From the NCBI GenBank assembly GCA_963666275.2, contig CAXXOA010000001.1:960001-1024000 (forward strand): DNA of 64,000 bases, read 5' to 3'. The notes beneath the pieces were generated by a model. The model had not been told where the DNA came from, searched no databases, and saw nothing but the letters and a program-made list of their open reading frames with translations. The DNA comes from Oceanispirochaeta sp. (GTDB lineage: Bacteria > Spirochaetota > Spirochaetia > DSM-2461). Below are positions 33,002-43,040 of the stretch, piece by piece; within the stretch, counting starts at the first letter, position 1, and each line of letters starts with the position of its first letter. The position numbers were made by a program, and so were the translations under genes.

Positions 33002-34294
33002 GTGAATTACACACCCCATACCCGGTCGGACCGGGAAAAAATGATGGAATTTCTGGGGATTGAGAGTCTGGAAGAGCTGTTTGAGGCTGTCCCCGGGTCT
33101 CACCGGTTTCCGGAAGTGGCTCTGCCCGACGGCATGGCCGAACAGGATGTTCTCAGGGAACTTCGGCGCTTATCAGAAAAAAATACAAGCTCTGAATCAA
33201 CCCACTGGTTTCTCGGAGGGGGCGTTTACAGGCATTATATCCCCTCAGTTGTAGACAGTATCATTTCCCGGGGGGAGTTTTTTACCGCCTATACTCCCTA
33301 TCAGCCAGAGGTCAGCCAGGGAACCCTTCAGGCCATATTCGAATTTCAGACCATGATTGCCGAACTCTATGGAATGGAAGTGGTCAATGCGTCTCACTAT
33401 GACGGCGCTACGGCCATGGCGGAAGCGGCCCTTATGGCCATCCGTTCCTCCCGGGGCAGAAAAAAAATCCTTCTGGATGAGGGGATACATCCCGAGTACA
33501 GAGAGGTTCTTGAAACCTACCTGTCCGGTTCGGAAGGCTACATAGGAGAGGGAGAGCCCGATGACGAGACGGCCTGTTTCATTCTGGCCTTTCCCTCCTT
33601 TACAGGGCAGCTGAAGGATATGAAAGCCATCGGCGAAAAGGTGCACGCAGCGGGGGCTCTCTATGTGGTCCATGCGGATCCTCTTGCCTGCGGGCTCTTC
33701 CTGTCTCCCGGTGAGGCCGGCGCGGACATCGTGACCGGTGAAGGTCAGCCCCTGGGAATCTCCATGAACGCGGGAGGCCCCCTGCTGGGACTTTTCGCCA
33801 CCACCAAAAAGCTGATCCGGAAGATGCCAGGACGGGTGATCGGCAAGACCAGCGATACGGACGGACGTAACGGCTGTGTTCTGACCTTTTCGGCCAGAGA
33901 GCAGCATATCCGCCGGGAAAAGGCTACCAGTAATATCTGCTCCAACCAGGGGCTCATGGCTCTGGCCGCCGCTGTCTATATGGCCGCCATGGGAAAACAG
34001 GGCATTCAGGATACAGCGAAACTCTGTTATGACAAGGCCGTCTATGCGGCCGGTGAGATCAATAAGCTCGATGGCTACTCTGTGGATCTGTCAAAGCCGT
34101 TTTTCAGGGAGTTTTCTGTCACCTGCCCGATGGATGCGGATCTGATCGCTTCCCGGCTGAAAGAGAAGGATATTATTCCCGGGCTTCCTCTGGGGAGTTT
34201 CGGACGGGAGAACGAATTGCTGGTCTGTGTAACCGAACTGAATGAGAAGAGTGAGATTGATCTGCTGGTGCAGGCGTTGAAGGAGGCTGTGTAA
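33002..34294 (+). CDS. gcvPA: Glycine dehydrogenase subunit 1
   Basis: TAYTPYQPEVSQG, NASHYDG, REQHIRREKATSNICSNQ. Confidence 0.96.
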   Translation: MNYTPHTRSDREKMMEFLGIESLEELFEAVPGSHRFPEVALPDGMAEQDVLRELRRLSEKNTSSESTHWFLGGGVYRHYIPSVVDSIISRGEFFTAYTPYQPEVSQGTLQAIFEFQTMIAELYGMEVVNASHYDGATAMAEAALMAIRSSRGRKKILLDEGIHPEYREVLETYLSGSEGYIGEGEPDDETACFILAFPSFTGQLKDMKAIGEKVHAAGALYVVHADPLACGLFLSPGEAGADIVTGEGQPLGISMNAGGPLLGLFATTKKLIRKMPGRVIGKTSDTDGRNGCVLTFSAREQHIRREKATSNICSNQGLMALAAAVYMAAMGKQGIQDTAKLCYDKAVYAAGEINKLDGYSVDLSKPFFREFSVTCPMDADLIASRLKEKDIIPGLPLGSFGRENELLVCVTELNEKSEIDLLVQALKEAV

Positions 34295-34295
34295 A

Positions 34296-35753
34296 ATGAA
34301 TAACGATACTGTTTCCTCCCTGTGGAATATCAGTCAGCCCGGCAGAAGGGCCGTGGAAATACCCTCTTCGGATGTTCCTGCCGCGGATATCCCGGGGTTT
34401 CTGAAAAGGGGAAGTGCCCCCGAACTGCCCGAAGTGGGGACCCTGGATCTGGTACGACACTATACTCGTCTTTCCCAGCTCAACTTCAGCATCGACTCCC
34501 ATTTTTATCCTCTGGGATCCTGTACTATGAAGTACAACCCCAGGATTAATGAGAAAACGGCCAGGATGGATGGGTTTGCAAACTCTCATCCCTATCTGAC
34601 AGAGTCGGAAATGCAGGGAAATCTGGAGCTTATGTTCAATCTTCAGGAAGCCCTTATGGAAGTCTCAGGCTTTAAAGCGGTGAGTCTGCAGCCTGCTGCA
34701 GGAGCCCATGGCGAGCTCGCTGGTGTTCTTATGATCAAGAAGTACCATCAGTCCCGCGGCGATACGGCCAGAACCCGCTTCCTTATACCCGATTCGGCTC
34801 ACGGAACCAATCCTGCCTCTGTCGCCATGGCCGGTTTTGATGCGGTAGAAGTTCCCTCGGATAAACGGGGAAATATCGATCTGGCCCGGCTGAAGGAACT
34901 GTGTGATGAAACTGTGGCGGGAATCATGATCACGAACCCCAATACTCTGGGGCTTTTTGAAGAGCAGATTCTGGAAGTTCTGGATACGGTGCATCAGTGC
35001 GGCGGTCTGGCCTACGGAGACGGTGCCAACTTCAATGCCATTATGGGAGTTGCCAAACCGGGAGAACTGGGCTTTGATGTTCTCCATTTCAATCTCCACA
35101 AAACATTCAGTACCCCCCATGGCGGCGGCGGACCCGGTGCGGGACCTGTCGGCGTGGGAGACGCTCTGGAACCCTTCCTGCCCGGACCGATTGTTGTTGA
35201 ATCCGAAGACAATCCCGGAGAATATGAGTTCTATATGCCTTCCGAGTCTATCGGCCGGCTCAAAAGTTTTTACGGAAATTTCGGCGTTCTTGTGAGAGCC
35301 TATACCTATATGCTTTCCCTGGGCGGAGAGGGCATGAAAGACGCCACCTTTATGGCTGTTCTCAATGCCAACTACCTGAGAAAAAAGGTGGAGGATATTT
35401 TTCCCCCCTGGTATGACAGGCCCTGTATGCATGAGTTTGTCTCCTCAGGAGAGAGCGCTCCCGGAGGAATTCACACAATGGATATTGCCAAAAGGCTTAT
35501 CGATTACGGATTCCATCCCCCTACGGTCTATTTTCCTCTGATTGTTCCCGAAGCGTTCATGGTGGAACCCACGGAAACGGAAAGTCTGGAGACTCTGGAT
35601 GCCTTTTCCGATGCTCTTCATGAAATTGCCCGGGAGGCGGTGGAAGAGCCGGACCTGCTCCACCAGGCCCCCCATCAGAGGCTGGTGAACCGGCTGGACG
35701 AAGTTCAGGCAGTAAGGAATCCTGTTCTGAGGGATGCTGTAAAAAGAATCTAA
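34296..35753 (+). CDS. gcvPB: Glycine dehydrogenase subunit 2
   Basis: PLGSCTMKYNP, SAHGTNPAS, HFNLHKTFSTPHGGGGPG. Confidence 0.96.
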   Translation: MNNDTVSSLWNISQPGRRAVEIPSSDVPAADIPGFLKRGSAPELPEVGTLDLVRHYTRLSQLNFSIDSHFYPLGSCTMKYNPRINEKTARMDGFANSHPYLTESEMQGNLELMFNLQEALMEVSGFKAVSLQPAAGAHGELAGVLMIKKYHQSRGDTARTRFLIPDSAHGTNPASVAMAGFDAVEVPSDKRGNIDLARLKELCDETVAGIMITNPNTLGLFEEQILEVLDTVHQCGGLAYGDGANFNAIMGVAKPGELGFDVLHFNLHKTFSTPHGGGGPGAGPVGVGDALEPFLPGPIVVESEDNPGEYEFYMPSESIGRLKSFYGNFGVLVRAYTYMLSLGGEGMKDATFMAVLNANYLRKKVEDIFPPWYDRPCMHEFVSSGESAPGGIHTMDIAKRLIDYGFHPPTVYFPLIVPEAFMVEPTETESLETLDAFSDALHEIAREAVEEPDLLHQAPHQRLVNRLDEVQAVRNPVLRDAVKRI

Positions 35754-37747
35754 AACAGGGAGGTCCGGATTTTCCGGACCTTGCTTATCTTTCTCACGGG
35801 GCAGCTGAAGGATTTATCCGGCAGTTCCGTCCCGAAGAGAATATCGTCCTGATTATCTTTTCCCTGCTCCAGCGAGCGGGGGATGATTCTGTGGGTAATC
35901 AGGTCGTAATCCTCCGTGGGAAGGGTCACATCCAGCTGGTAGGCTCTGTTTCCCATCACCGCTTTTATCATGCGCAGTTTTCCCTGGTAGTCCAGGCCTT
36001 TCACAGTTGTCAGTTCTTTCCGGACCGCAGCCGGCTGAATCTGATCTTCCCGGTAGAGAACCCCTCTTTCTATTCTGCTCAGCAGTTCCTCTTTCTCCTC
36101 ATCCGACAGGGACTTATGATTCAAAACCATCTCTTTCAGAGGCTCTCTGTAGGACAGGTCAAAATCTGTATCGGAAGGGAGATTGTTTTTTCCCGGAGGG
36201 AAGAGAGGGGGATGGTCTGTCAGTTTTACAGTATAGTTTTCCGCCGCTTTGACCCGGGCTCCCGGATTGATAAGAGCCGGAACGGAGTCCAGTCCGATCT
36301 CGGCCAGTGCCAGTTCCCATTCGTGACGGTCTTCTTTCGCCAAAAGATAGTATCCCTCTCCCAGCTCCCTTTTTATCAGGTTTTTCAGCCGGGCACTCCT
36401 TTCGATCAGGGGGATCCTCTCTCTGCCGACTTCCAGGACCACACCTTCCCAGAGGCGGATACTGTGGTAGTTCTCCTCCCAGTCTTTCAGGGAAAAGAGG
36501 ATGTTCTGGGGGATCTCCACAGAGAAGCGTTCATCCAGCTCCATCTGCAGTTCCTCCAGGGAGAGTCCGGCTTTCAGGAAATTCCTGAATGAGAGGCTGG
36601 AAAGGGTGAGCTGGGCAAAGGCATCGTAACGCTCGCAGGTCAAAGAGAGCGCCAGGGGCAGGCTGAAGGGCGATTCCGGAGTCAGGTTGGCATCAAATGT
36701 GGCCTGGAGGAAAAACGCCGGGCTTTCCGGTGCTGTTTTTCCCAGCAGCTCGGTTACCATGGGATGAATGTACCAGGCCTGACCATCGGTATGAAAAAAG
36801 TTGAAAAGCTTGAGTATCCGGACCATATGGGCGGGGCTCAGCATATTCTCTTCTCTTTCTATCACCCTGATCTGAAGGAGCTGGACCATTTTTTCAAGCT
36901 CTTTTGTCTCCAGTCCTCCCCGGGAGGGAAACTGGCTGGCCAGAGTACTGATCAGAGTCATACAGGATGCGAGCTTCGCAGTGGAACTGGTACAGAGGGC
37001 TGCCCAGACCCACAAAAGCTGGTCATTGCCGTTCAGCCGGGAGAAAGTTTTGAGATTATTTATCCTGAACTTCCACTGACCCGCCGATTCGCTGAGGAGC
37101 TTCAGTGTTTTCAGTGCATTCAGAAGCAGGTGAAGCCGTTCATTGGGCTCATCGGAAAAACCCGCTGCGGGAAATATCTGGGTCAGAGCCGAAGTGAATC
37201 TTTTTTTAAAGGAACCGTCGTTGTTGCATATTTTCAGGTCCTCCTTGAGGAGGGAGAAAAAACAGATCAGAAAAGACCCGTTTATCAGGGGCAGGACACG
37301 GGGGACGGGAGGTTCGGTCTCCCTGATTTCCACGATGGTATAGGGAGACAGCCTATCCAGGATCTCCTGGGGCAGAAGCGGGGACAGGATGTATCCCGGT
37401 TTCCCCCCTGCCTTTCTGAAAAACAGAAGGAGTCTCTCCTCCAGGCTGATAAGCCGGTTCTGGATCTCCGCCGGAGCCATAAAAGGGCCGAAAAGGTTGA
37501 TCAGATCCTGAAGGGAGGCCTGGCCGAACCATCTGGCCGCAGAGAGAATCTTCAGATCCGTAGGGCCCAGAGATACCTGAAGGGCTTTTATATAGTCGTG
37601 GCGGGTGAGACGGACTGCCAGTTTGTCAAGCAGATCGTTTTTGTCGTAGGGAGTTTCCACCCCGCCCAGATAGTTGTTCATGATTTCCATAAAGGCCGGA
37701 TCCGGAAGACTCCGGATCAGAGTATTCCACTCTTCCTGTCCATTCAT
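35750..37747 (-). CDS. XPB-associated protein (helicase-associated / Helicase_C_3-like domain)
   Basis: Coupled to XPB; segment LTLSSLSFRNFLKAGLS...EIPQNILFSLKDW mirrors the XPB N-terminal domain; no Walker motifs. Confidence 0.7.
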   Translation of the reverse strand: MNGQEEWNTLIRSLPDPAFMEIMNNYLGGVETPYDKNDLLDKLAVRLTRHDYIKALQVSLGPTDLKILSAARWFGQASLQDLINLFGPFMAPAEIQNRLISLEERLLLFFRKAGGKPGYILSPLLPQEILDRLSPYTIVEIRETEPPVPRVLPLINGSFLICFFSLLKEDLKICNNDGSFKKRFTSALTQIFPAAGFSDEPNERLHLLLNALKTLKLLSESAGQWKFRINNLKTFSRLNGNDQLLWVWAALCTSSTAKLASCMTLISTLASQFPSRGGLETKELEKMVQLLQIRVIEREENMLSPAHMVRILKLFNFFHTDGQAWYIHPMVTELLGKTAPESPAFFLQATFDANLTPESPFSLPLALSLTCERYDAFAQLTLSSLSFRNFLKAGLSLEELQMELDERFSVEIPQNILFSLKDWEENYHSIRLWEGVVLEVGRERIPLIERSARLKNLIKRELGEGYYLLAKEDRHEWELALAEIGLDSVPALINPGARVKAAENYTVKLTDHPPLFPPGKNNLPSDTDFDLSYREPLKEMVLNHKSLSDEEKEELLSRIERGVLYREDQIQPAAVRKELTTVKGLDYQGKLRMIKAVMGNRAYQLDVTLPTEDYDLITHRIIPRSLEQGKDNQDDILFGTELPDKSFSCPVRKISKVRKIRTSLF

Positions 37748-39417
37748 AATTCTTCCACTCCCAGGGATATAGTGTACTGGTATCCCTGTTCGGTCAGGAA
37801 TTTCTGCCGGTTGGCCGCATACTGCTCTTCCAGTGTATAACGGCTTACAAGAGAGTAGAACCAGGAGTCTTTCTCTTTGGGCCGGAGGATCCGTCCCAGT
37901 CTCTGGGCTTCCTCCTGACGGGATCCGAAGGTTCCCGATACCTGTACTGCCACCGAGGCATCAGGCAGGTCAATGGCAAAGTTGGCAACTTTGGATACCA
38001 CAATGATACGGGACCGGCCCTGGCGGAAGTCGTCATAGATGACTTCTCTCTCTTTGTTGGGCGTCTGACCTGTGATCAGAGGGGCTTTCAGAATCTTTGC
38101 CAGGGTTTTCAGCTGATTCACGTACTGACCGATGATAAGGATCGAATCGTCCGGATGGCGCTGGATGATCTTTTTAACAAGCTCCGGTTTGTCAGGATTT
38201 TCCGCGGCCATTCTGAACTTCTGCCGTTTATCCGCAATGGCATAGGAGACTTTCAGGCTTTCGGGAAGATCCAGGCGGATCTCGTGGCACCAGGCCGTGG
38301 CGATCCATCCCCCCGCTTCCAGCTCCTTCCAGGGGACATCGTAGCGTTTGGGCCCAACCAGGGAGAATACATCCTCTTCGGCCCCGTCTTCTCTGACCAG
38401 AGTCGCCGTCAGTCCGAGTCTCCGGACCGCCTGAATTTCTGCGGTAACCCGGAAAACCGGGGCGGGCAGCAGGTGGACTTCATCGTAGACGATCAGTCCC
38501 CAGTTGCCTTTCCGGAACAGAGAGAAATGGGGGAAATCGTGTTCCTTGTCCTTCCGCCATACAAGGATCTGATAGGTCCCTATGGTGATCGGACGGATCT
38601 CTTTTTTATCTCCCGTGTACTCGCCGATATCCTCTTCTTTCAGATCCGTCTTCTCCAGGAGTTCCCGTTTCCACTGATGCACCGCTGCCACATTTGTGGT
38701 CAGGATGAGAGTACTTGTCTGCAGGCGGCTCATGGCGGTCATGCCTATAACGGTTTTTCCGCCTCCGCAGGGGACTACGACCGTACCGAAACCGGTCCCG
38801 GGCTGATTCTTGCCTATGAAGGATTTGACCGCATCCTCCTGATAGTCCCTGATTTCAAAAGTCTTTCCGTTGGGAAGCGTTTCTTTCAGCCCGATCGGGC
38901 AGGGGTCCCCCTCTTTCAGGGGCGCCAGGTCTTCCACGGGAAATCCTGCTTTGATCAGAACCAGTTTGATGGTTCCCCTGTCGACGAGCTGTAGGTAAAA
39001 ACCGCCTTCACCGGGGGTTAAGTATTTTTTAAGACTCTTAAGATGACCGATTTCCAGTGCCAGAGTGGGATCTTCGATTTTAAGGAAAAGTACATTTTCA
39101 TCTTCCGTGGCTTCCAGTTTCAGCATGCCGTACCGGGAGAGGGTGCTGCGGATAAAATAGTTGACATTATCCGGAACGGGAAACCGGGAGTGTCTGTCCA
39201 GGGCATCGATGATCTCCTGTTCTCCCATACCCGCAGACGCGGCATTCCAGAGAGACAGAGGGCTCATACGGTAGGTGTGGATATGCTCCGGAGATTTCTC
39301 AAGTTCAGAAAAAGGGGATATGTCCGACCGGGCTTCTTCGAATCCCGGATTGTGAACATCCAGCAGCAGTGAGTGGTCTCCCTGTACTATCAGGGAACGA
39401 TTAAGGGCATCAGTCAT
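37744..39417 (-). CDS. Bacterial XPB/Rad25-like SF2 DNA helicase
   Basis: LEKSPEHIHTY, PLSLWNA, RDYQ, VPCGGGKT, DEVH, GLTAT, QRLGRILRPK. Confidence 0.93.
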   Translation of the reverse strand: MTDALNRSLIVQGDHSLLLDVHNPGFEEARSDISPFSELEKSPEHIHTYRMSPLSLWNAASAGMGEQEIIDALDRHSRFPVPDNVNYFIRSTLSRYGMLKLEATEDENVLFLKIEDPTLALEIGHLKSLKKYLTPGEGGFYLQLVDRGTIKLVLIKAGFPVEDLAPLKEGDPCPIGLKETLPNGKTFEIRDYQEDAVKSFIGKNQPGTGFGTVVVPCGGGKTVIGMTAMSRLQTSTLILTTNVAAVHQWKRELLEKTDLKEEDIGEYTGDKKEIRPITIGTYQILVWRKDKEHDFPHFSLFRKGNWGLIVYDEVHLLPAPVFRVTAEIQAVRRLGLTATLVREDGAEEDVFSLVGPKRYDVPWKELEAGGWIATAWCHEIRLDLPESLKVSYAIADKRQKFRMAAENPDKPELVKKIIQRHPDDSILIIGQYVNQLKTLAKILKAPLITGQTPNKEREVIYDDFRQGRSRIIVVSKVANFAIDLPDASVAVQVSGTFGSRQEEAQRLGRILRPKEKDSWFYSLVSRYTLEEQYAANRQKFLTEQGYQYTISLGVEEL

Positions 39418-39561
39418 AAACAGCTATTGTATCTTTTATAGGGAATTATGACAACATTACCGGGGTCATGGGAATTCCGGATACAGAGGGGTGGGATGGC
39501 TCTTCCCGGGGAAATCAGGGGGATTTGTAATTCTTTCGCGGATAGACGAAAATTTCTTTGT

Positions 39562-40989
39562 ATGAAAAGACATATCAATTTTTCCATGACCAAAATTATC
39601 GGAACCATTGGTCCTGCCAGCCGGGACCCGTCTGTTTTAGGTGAAATGATTGACCGGGGTCTGAATATAGTCAGGCTCAACTGCTCCCACGCGGGGCCGG
39701 ATGCGCTGGAAGGACTTATCAGGGATGTCAGGGAAGCCAGCCGTCTGAAAGAGGAACCACTGTCGATCCTGGCGGATCTGGGTGGCCCCAAGATCCGTCT
39801 GGGAGTACTGCCTGCGGATCTTCCCGTCTCAACAGGGGATGAAATCATACTGACCGCGGCGGAGTCGGAGAATCCTCTGGAGAAAATTCCCGCCGGGTAT
39901 CCTGAACTGGCCAGGGATCTCGCCCCGGGAAACAGGATCCTGATCGATGACGGTCTTGTTCAGCTGCAGGTTCTGCAGGTGGAGGATCCTGACATCCGCT
40001 GCCTTGTGATGAACGACGGGGTTCTGAAATCCCGGAAGGGGATCAACCTTCCCGGTGTGAATGTAAGTCTCTCCTCGCTCACCGAAAAGGACAGGCAGGA
40101 TATCGATTTTCTTGTGACCCAGCCCATCGACTACATTGCCCTGTCTTTTGTCAGGCGGCGGGAGGATATCCGGGAGCTCCGGGAACTGCTGCATTCCAAA
40201 GGCAGGAATATCCCGATCATAGCCAAGATCGAGAAGCCTGAAGCTGTCAGTGATCTGGAGGGCATTGTGGAAGAGACCGATATGGTCATGGTTGCCAGAG
40301 GGGATCTGGGAGTGGAGATGGCAACCCAGGAGGTTCCTCTGCTCCAGAAAAAGATCATCTCCGTTTGCAACAGGATGAACAAGCCTGTGATTACGGCCAC
40401 CCAGATGCTGGATTCGATGATCCACAATCCCCGTCCCACCCGGGCCGAGGCTTCCGACGTGGCCAATGCGGTATTTGACGGAACCGATGCGGTTATGCTC
40501 AGCGGAGAAACCTCGGTGGGGAAGTACCCTCTGGAAACTGTTGAAACCATGGCCAGTATTGTCAGGGCCGCAGAGGAGCACCGCTCACCCGAACAGATCC
40601 TGTTTCTCAGGCGGCGGGAAGGGAAGATGAGTATAGAGGACTCTATCTGCCACTCCGCCTGCATCATGGCCGAAGAGAACGATGCCGCCGCCATCATCTG
40701 TCTGACCAGATCGGGCAGAACCGCCAGGAAGCTCTCCCGGTTCCGATCCCGGGTACCGGTTCTGGCGTTTACCGAGGAGCTGGAGACGCTGCGGTATCTG
40801 AATATTTTCTGGGGGGTCCAGGCCGAACTGATCGACAGCGTGAAAGACACGGACTACACCCTCCATAAAGCGGCGGGTCTGGCTCTGGAACTGGGGTATA
40901 TCAAAAAAGGGGATACCGTGGTGTTCACCGCCGGAATCCCTCTGGTGGAGAGCCTTTATACAAATATGCTCAAAGTGGACAGGGTCTGA
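39562..40989 (+). CDS. pyk: Pyruvate kinase
   Basis: TKIIGTIGPAS, RLNCSH, DLGGPKIR, IAKIE, MVARGDLGVE, TRAE, DAVMLSGET. Confidence 0.97.
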   Translation: MKRHINFSMTKIIGTIGPASRDPSVLGEMIDRGLNIVRLNCSHAGPDALEGLIRDVREASRLKEEPLSILADLGGPKIRLGVLPADLPVSTGDEIILTAAESENPLEKIPAGYPELARDLAPGNRILIDDGLVQLQVLQVEDPDIRCLVMNDGVLKSRKGINLPGVNVSLSSLTEKDRQDIDFLVTQPIDYIALSFVRRREDIRELRELLHSKGRNIPIIAKIEKPEAVSDLEGIVEETDMVMVARGDLGVEMATQEVPLLQKKIISVCNRMNKPVITATQMLDSMIHNPRPTRAEASDVANAVFDGTDAVMLSGETSVGKYPLETVETMASIVRAAEEHRSPEQILFLRRREGKMSIEDSICHSACIMAEENDAAAIICLTRSGRTARKLSRFRSRVPVLAFTEELETLRYLNIFWGVQAELIDSVKDTDYTLHKAAGLALELGYIKKGDTVVFTAGIPLVESLYTNMLKVDRV

Positions 40990-41014
40990 TCAGACCCGGG
41001 GCGTCCCGCATCGT

Positions 41015-41923
41015 CTATTCCCCGCCGGGACGGGATTTTTCCCTGTTGGCCCGGCAGTTCTCCCTGAACTCATTGGGCGAGTAGTTGGTCAGCTTCTTCA
41101 GTACCGTACAGAAGTAGTTGCTTGATGAAAACCCCGCATCCAGGGCAATGCTTGTGATGGATTTGTCTGTGGTTCTCAGGAGCTTTTTGGCGAATTCCAG
41201 TTTTTTCAGGGTAATATAATTGGCCGGAGTGATGCCCACTTCCTCTTTGAATTTGATTTTGAACCGGGAGAGGGAGTACCCTGAAATCACGGCCAGCTCC
41301 TGCAGAAGGATGGATTCAAGATACTCTTTTTCGATATGTTCCATAACCCGTTTGATATTGGTATCCATGATCTTTTTCTCTTCCTGCCTGACAGGATGAA
41401 AATCGGGAATCTGAAAAAGGAAGCAGCTCAGATACTGAACCCCCAGTCTGAGAGAACCGGGATCGCCGTCACTGATATTTTTAAAGGCCTGTTTCAGCAG
41501 CTGCTGATCCATGGGAGAAAACCGCAGATGCCTGTGCTGCAGGTCCATAAGCGTTTCGTAGAGGGCCAGACTGTACTCTTCGTTGAGGCCCAGAAGGTTA
41601 TTGCTGTTTTTCACATTGATCTGGAATCCGTAGAAAGAGCAGGGGCTCAGATGGAAGTTGGAGCTGCTGTGGTTTTCAAAGGGAAAGGTAATGAAGAGCT
41701 CGTTCCCTGTGACTGTGAATTCCTTTCCATCCAGTTCCATCACCCTTTTTCCTTTTATAAGGCAGTGTATTTCCACAATATCCGAGTGGTGGTGCTCCGG
41801 TGTCGGGGGAGATGCCTTGGAGAGGTTCCAGTAGGCAAAATTTCCCAGTCCGGGGATTTTATGCTTCTCTCCGGGAATCACTTTTTTATGATCTTCCCAG
41901 CAGAAATCATCAAATATTTCCAT
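41015..41923 (-). CDS. AraC family transcriptional regulator
   Basis: Cupin N-terminus (HHH..E); C-terminal double HTH (IALDAGFSSSNYF). Confidence 0.93.
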   Translation of the reverse strand: MEIFDDFCWEDHKKVIPGEKHKIPGLGNFAYWNLSKASPPTPEHHHSDIVEIHCLIKGKRVMELDGKEFTVTGNELFITFPFENHSSSNFHLSPCSFYGFQINVKNSNNLLGLNEEYSLALYETLMDLQHRHLRFSPMDQQLLKQAFKNISDGDPGSLRLGVQYLSCFLFQIPDFHPVRQEEKKIMDTNIKRVMEHIEKEYLESILLQELAVISGYSLSRFKIKFKEEVGITPANYITLKKLEFAKKLLRTTDKSITSIALDAGFSSSNYFCTVLKKLTNYSPNEFRENCRANREKSRPGGE

Positions 41924-42070
41924 TAAGGACAGTCTCCTTAGCTGTATGCAATCGTACTAAATATTATATCGAATGTCATAATTCTGTTTACCCATTATAG
42001 TACAGCTATCCTTTTTATTGAAACCTTTTCAAAAAGGTTCTGAAAGCAAAACATAAGGAATATGGTTTAA

Positions 42071-42994
42071 ATGGAAAAAACAATAAAAGACGGCGTCTGG
42101 CCTGTCATGATAACCCCTTTTACGGAAGATGATAAAATTGACTACGATGGCGTCCTTGAAATTATCAATTGGTATGAATCCCAGGGCGTGTCCGGAATCT
42201 TTGCGGTCTGCCAGTCCAGTGAGATGTTCTTTCTCAGCAGAGAGGAGAGAATCGAGCTGGCCAGATTTGTCATAGACAATACAGATAAAAGCTGCGGAGT
42301 CATTGCTTCGGGGCATGTGGCTCAGTCTCTGGAAGAGCAGATCGATGATGCGAAAGCGATCATTGATGCCGGTGTGGATTCCTATGTGTTCATTTCCAAT
42401 CAGTTTGCAAAGGAAGGGGAGGGCGAAGATATTGCCAAAAAGAATATCGAAGCTCTTATCAGTCAGATTCCCGCTGAGAGTTTCGGTATCTACGAGTGTC
42501 CCCATCCCTACAAAAGGCTGGTGTCTCCGGAGCTTCTGAAGTGGTGCGCCGATACGGGACGTTTCTCTTTTCTGAAAGATACCTGCTGCAATATCCATGA
42601 GCTCAAGGCCAAACTGAAGGCTGTCGAGGGGAGCCCCCTGAAAATCTACAATGCCAATGCGGCGACCCTTCTGGAGAGCCTTCAGATGGGTGCTGCCGGA
42701 TACAGCGGTGTGATGGCGAACTTTCACGCCTCCCTGTATGTGTGGTTGTGCGAAAACTTCAAAACAGAGCCTGAAAAGGCTTCTCAGGTTCAGGACTTTC
42801 TGGGCATGGCCAGCATGACCGAGTGCCAGATGTATCCTGTGAACTCGAAATTCCACATGCAGCTGGAGGGACTGAATATCAACCTGTTCAGCCGGGTGCA
42901 GGATTTTACGGGTTTCTCTTCCAGCAGACAGATGGAGATTCAGCAGCTTCAGAGAACCGCCCGGATGTTCTCCGAAAAGATTCTAGGTTTGTGA
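42071..42994 (+). CDS. DHDPS/NAL-family class I aldolase or dehydratase
   Basis: PVMITPF, CQSSE in place of GTTGE, YECP, Schiff-base KDT. Confidence 0.88.
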   Translation: MEKTIKDGVWPVMITPFTEDDKIDYDGVLEIINWYESQGVSGIFAVCQSSEMFFLSREERIELARFVIDNTDKSCGVIASGHVAQSLEEQIDDAKAIIDAGVDSYVFISNQFAKEGEGEDIAKKNIEALISQIPAESFGIYECPHPYKRLVSPELLKWCADTGRFSFLKDTCCNIHELKAKLKAVEGSPLKIYNANAATLLESLQMGAAGYSGVMANFHASLYVWLCENFKTEPEKASQVQDFLGMASMTECQMYPVNSKFHMQLEGLNINLFSRVQDFTGFSSSRQMEIQQLQRTARMFSEKILGL

Positions 42995-43040
42995 TTTAGC
43001 CCCGAGGGGTATAATGATATTTTCCAAATGGAGGAATAAA

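Noticed and set aside
36764..38994. Long plus-strand ORFs (358 and 279 aa)
   Set aside because: Antisense shadows of XPB and its partner; no motifs
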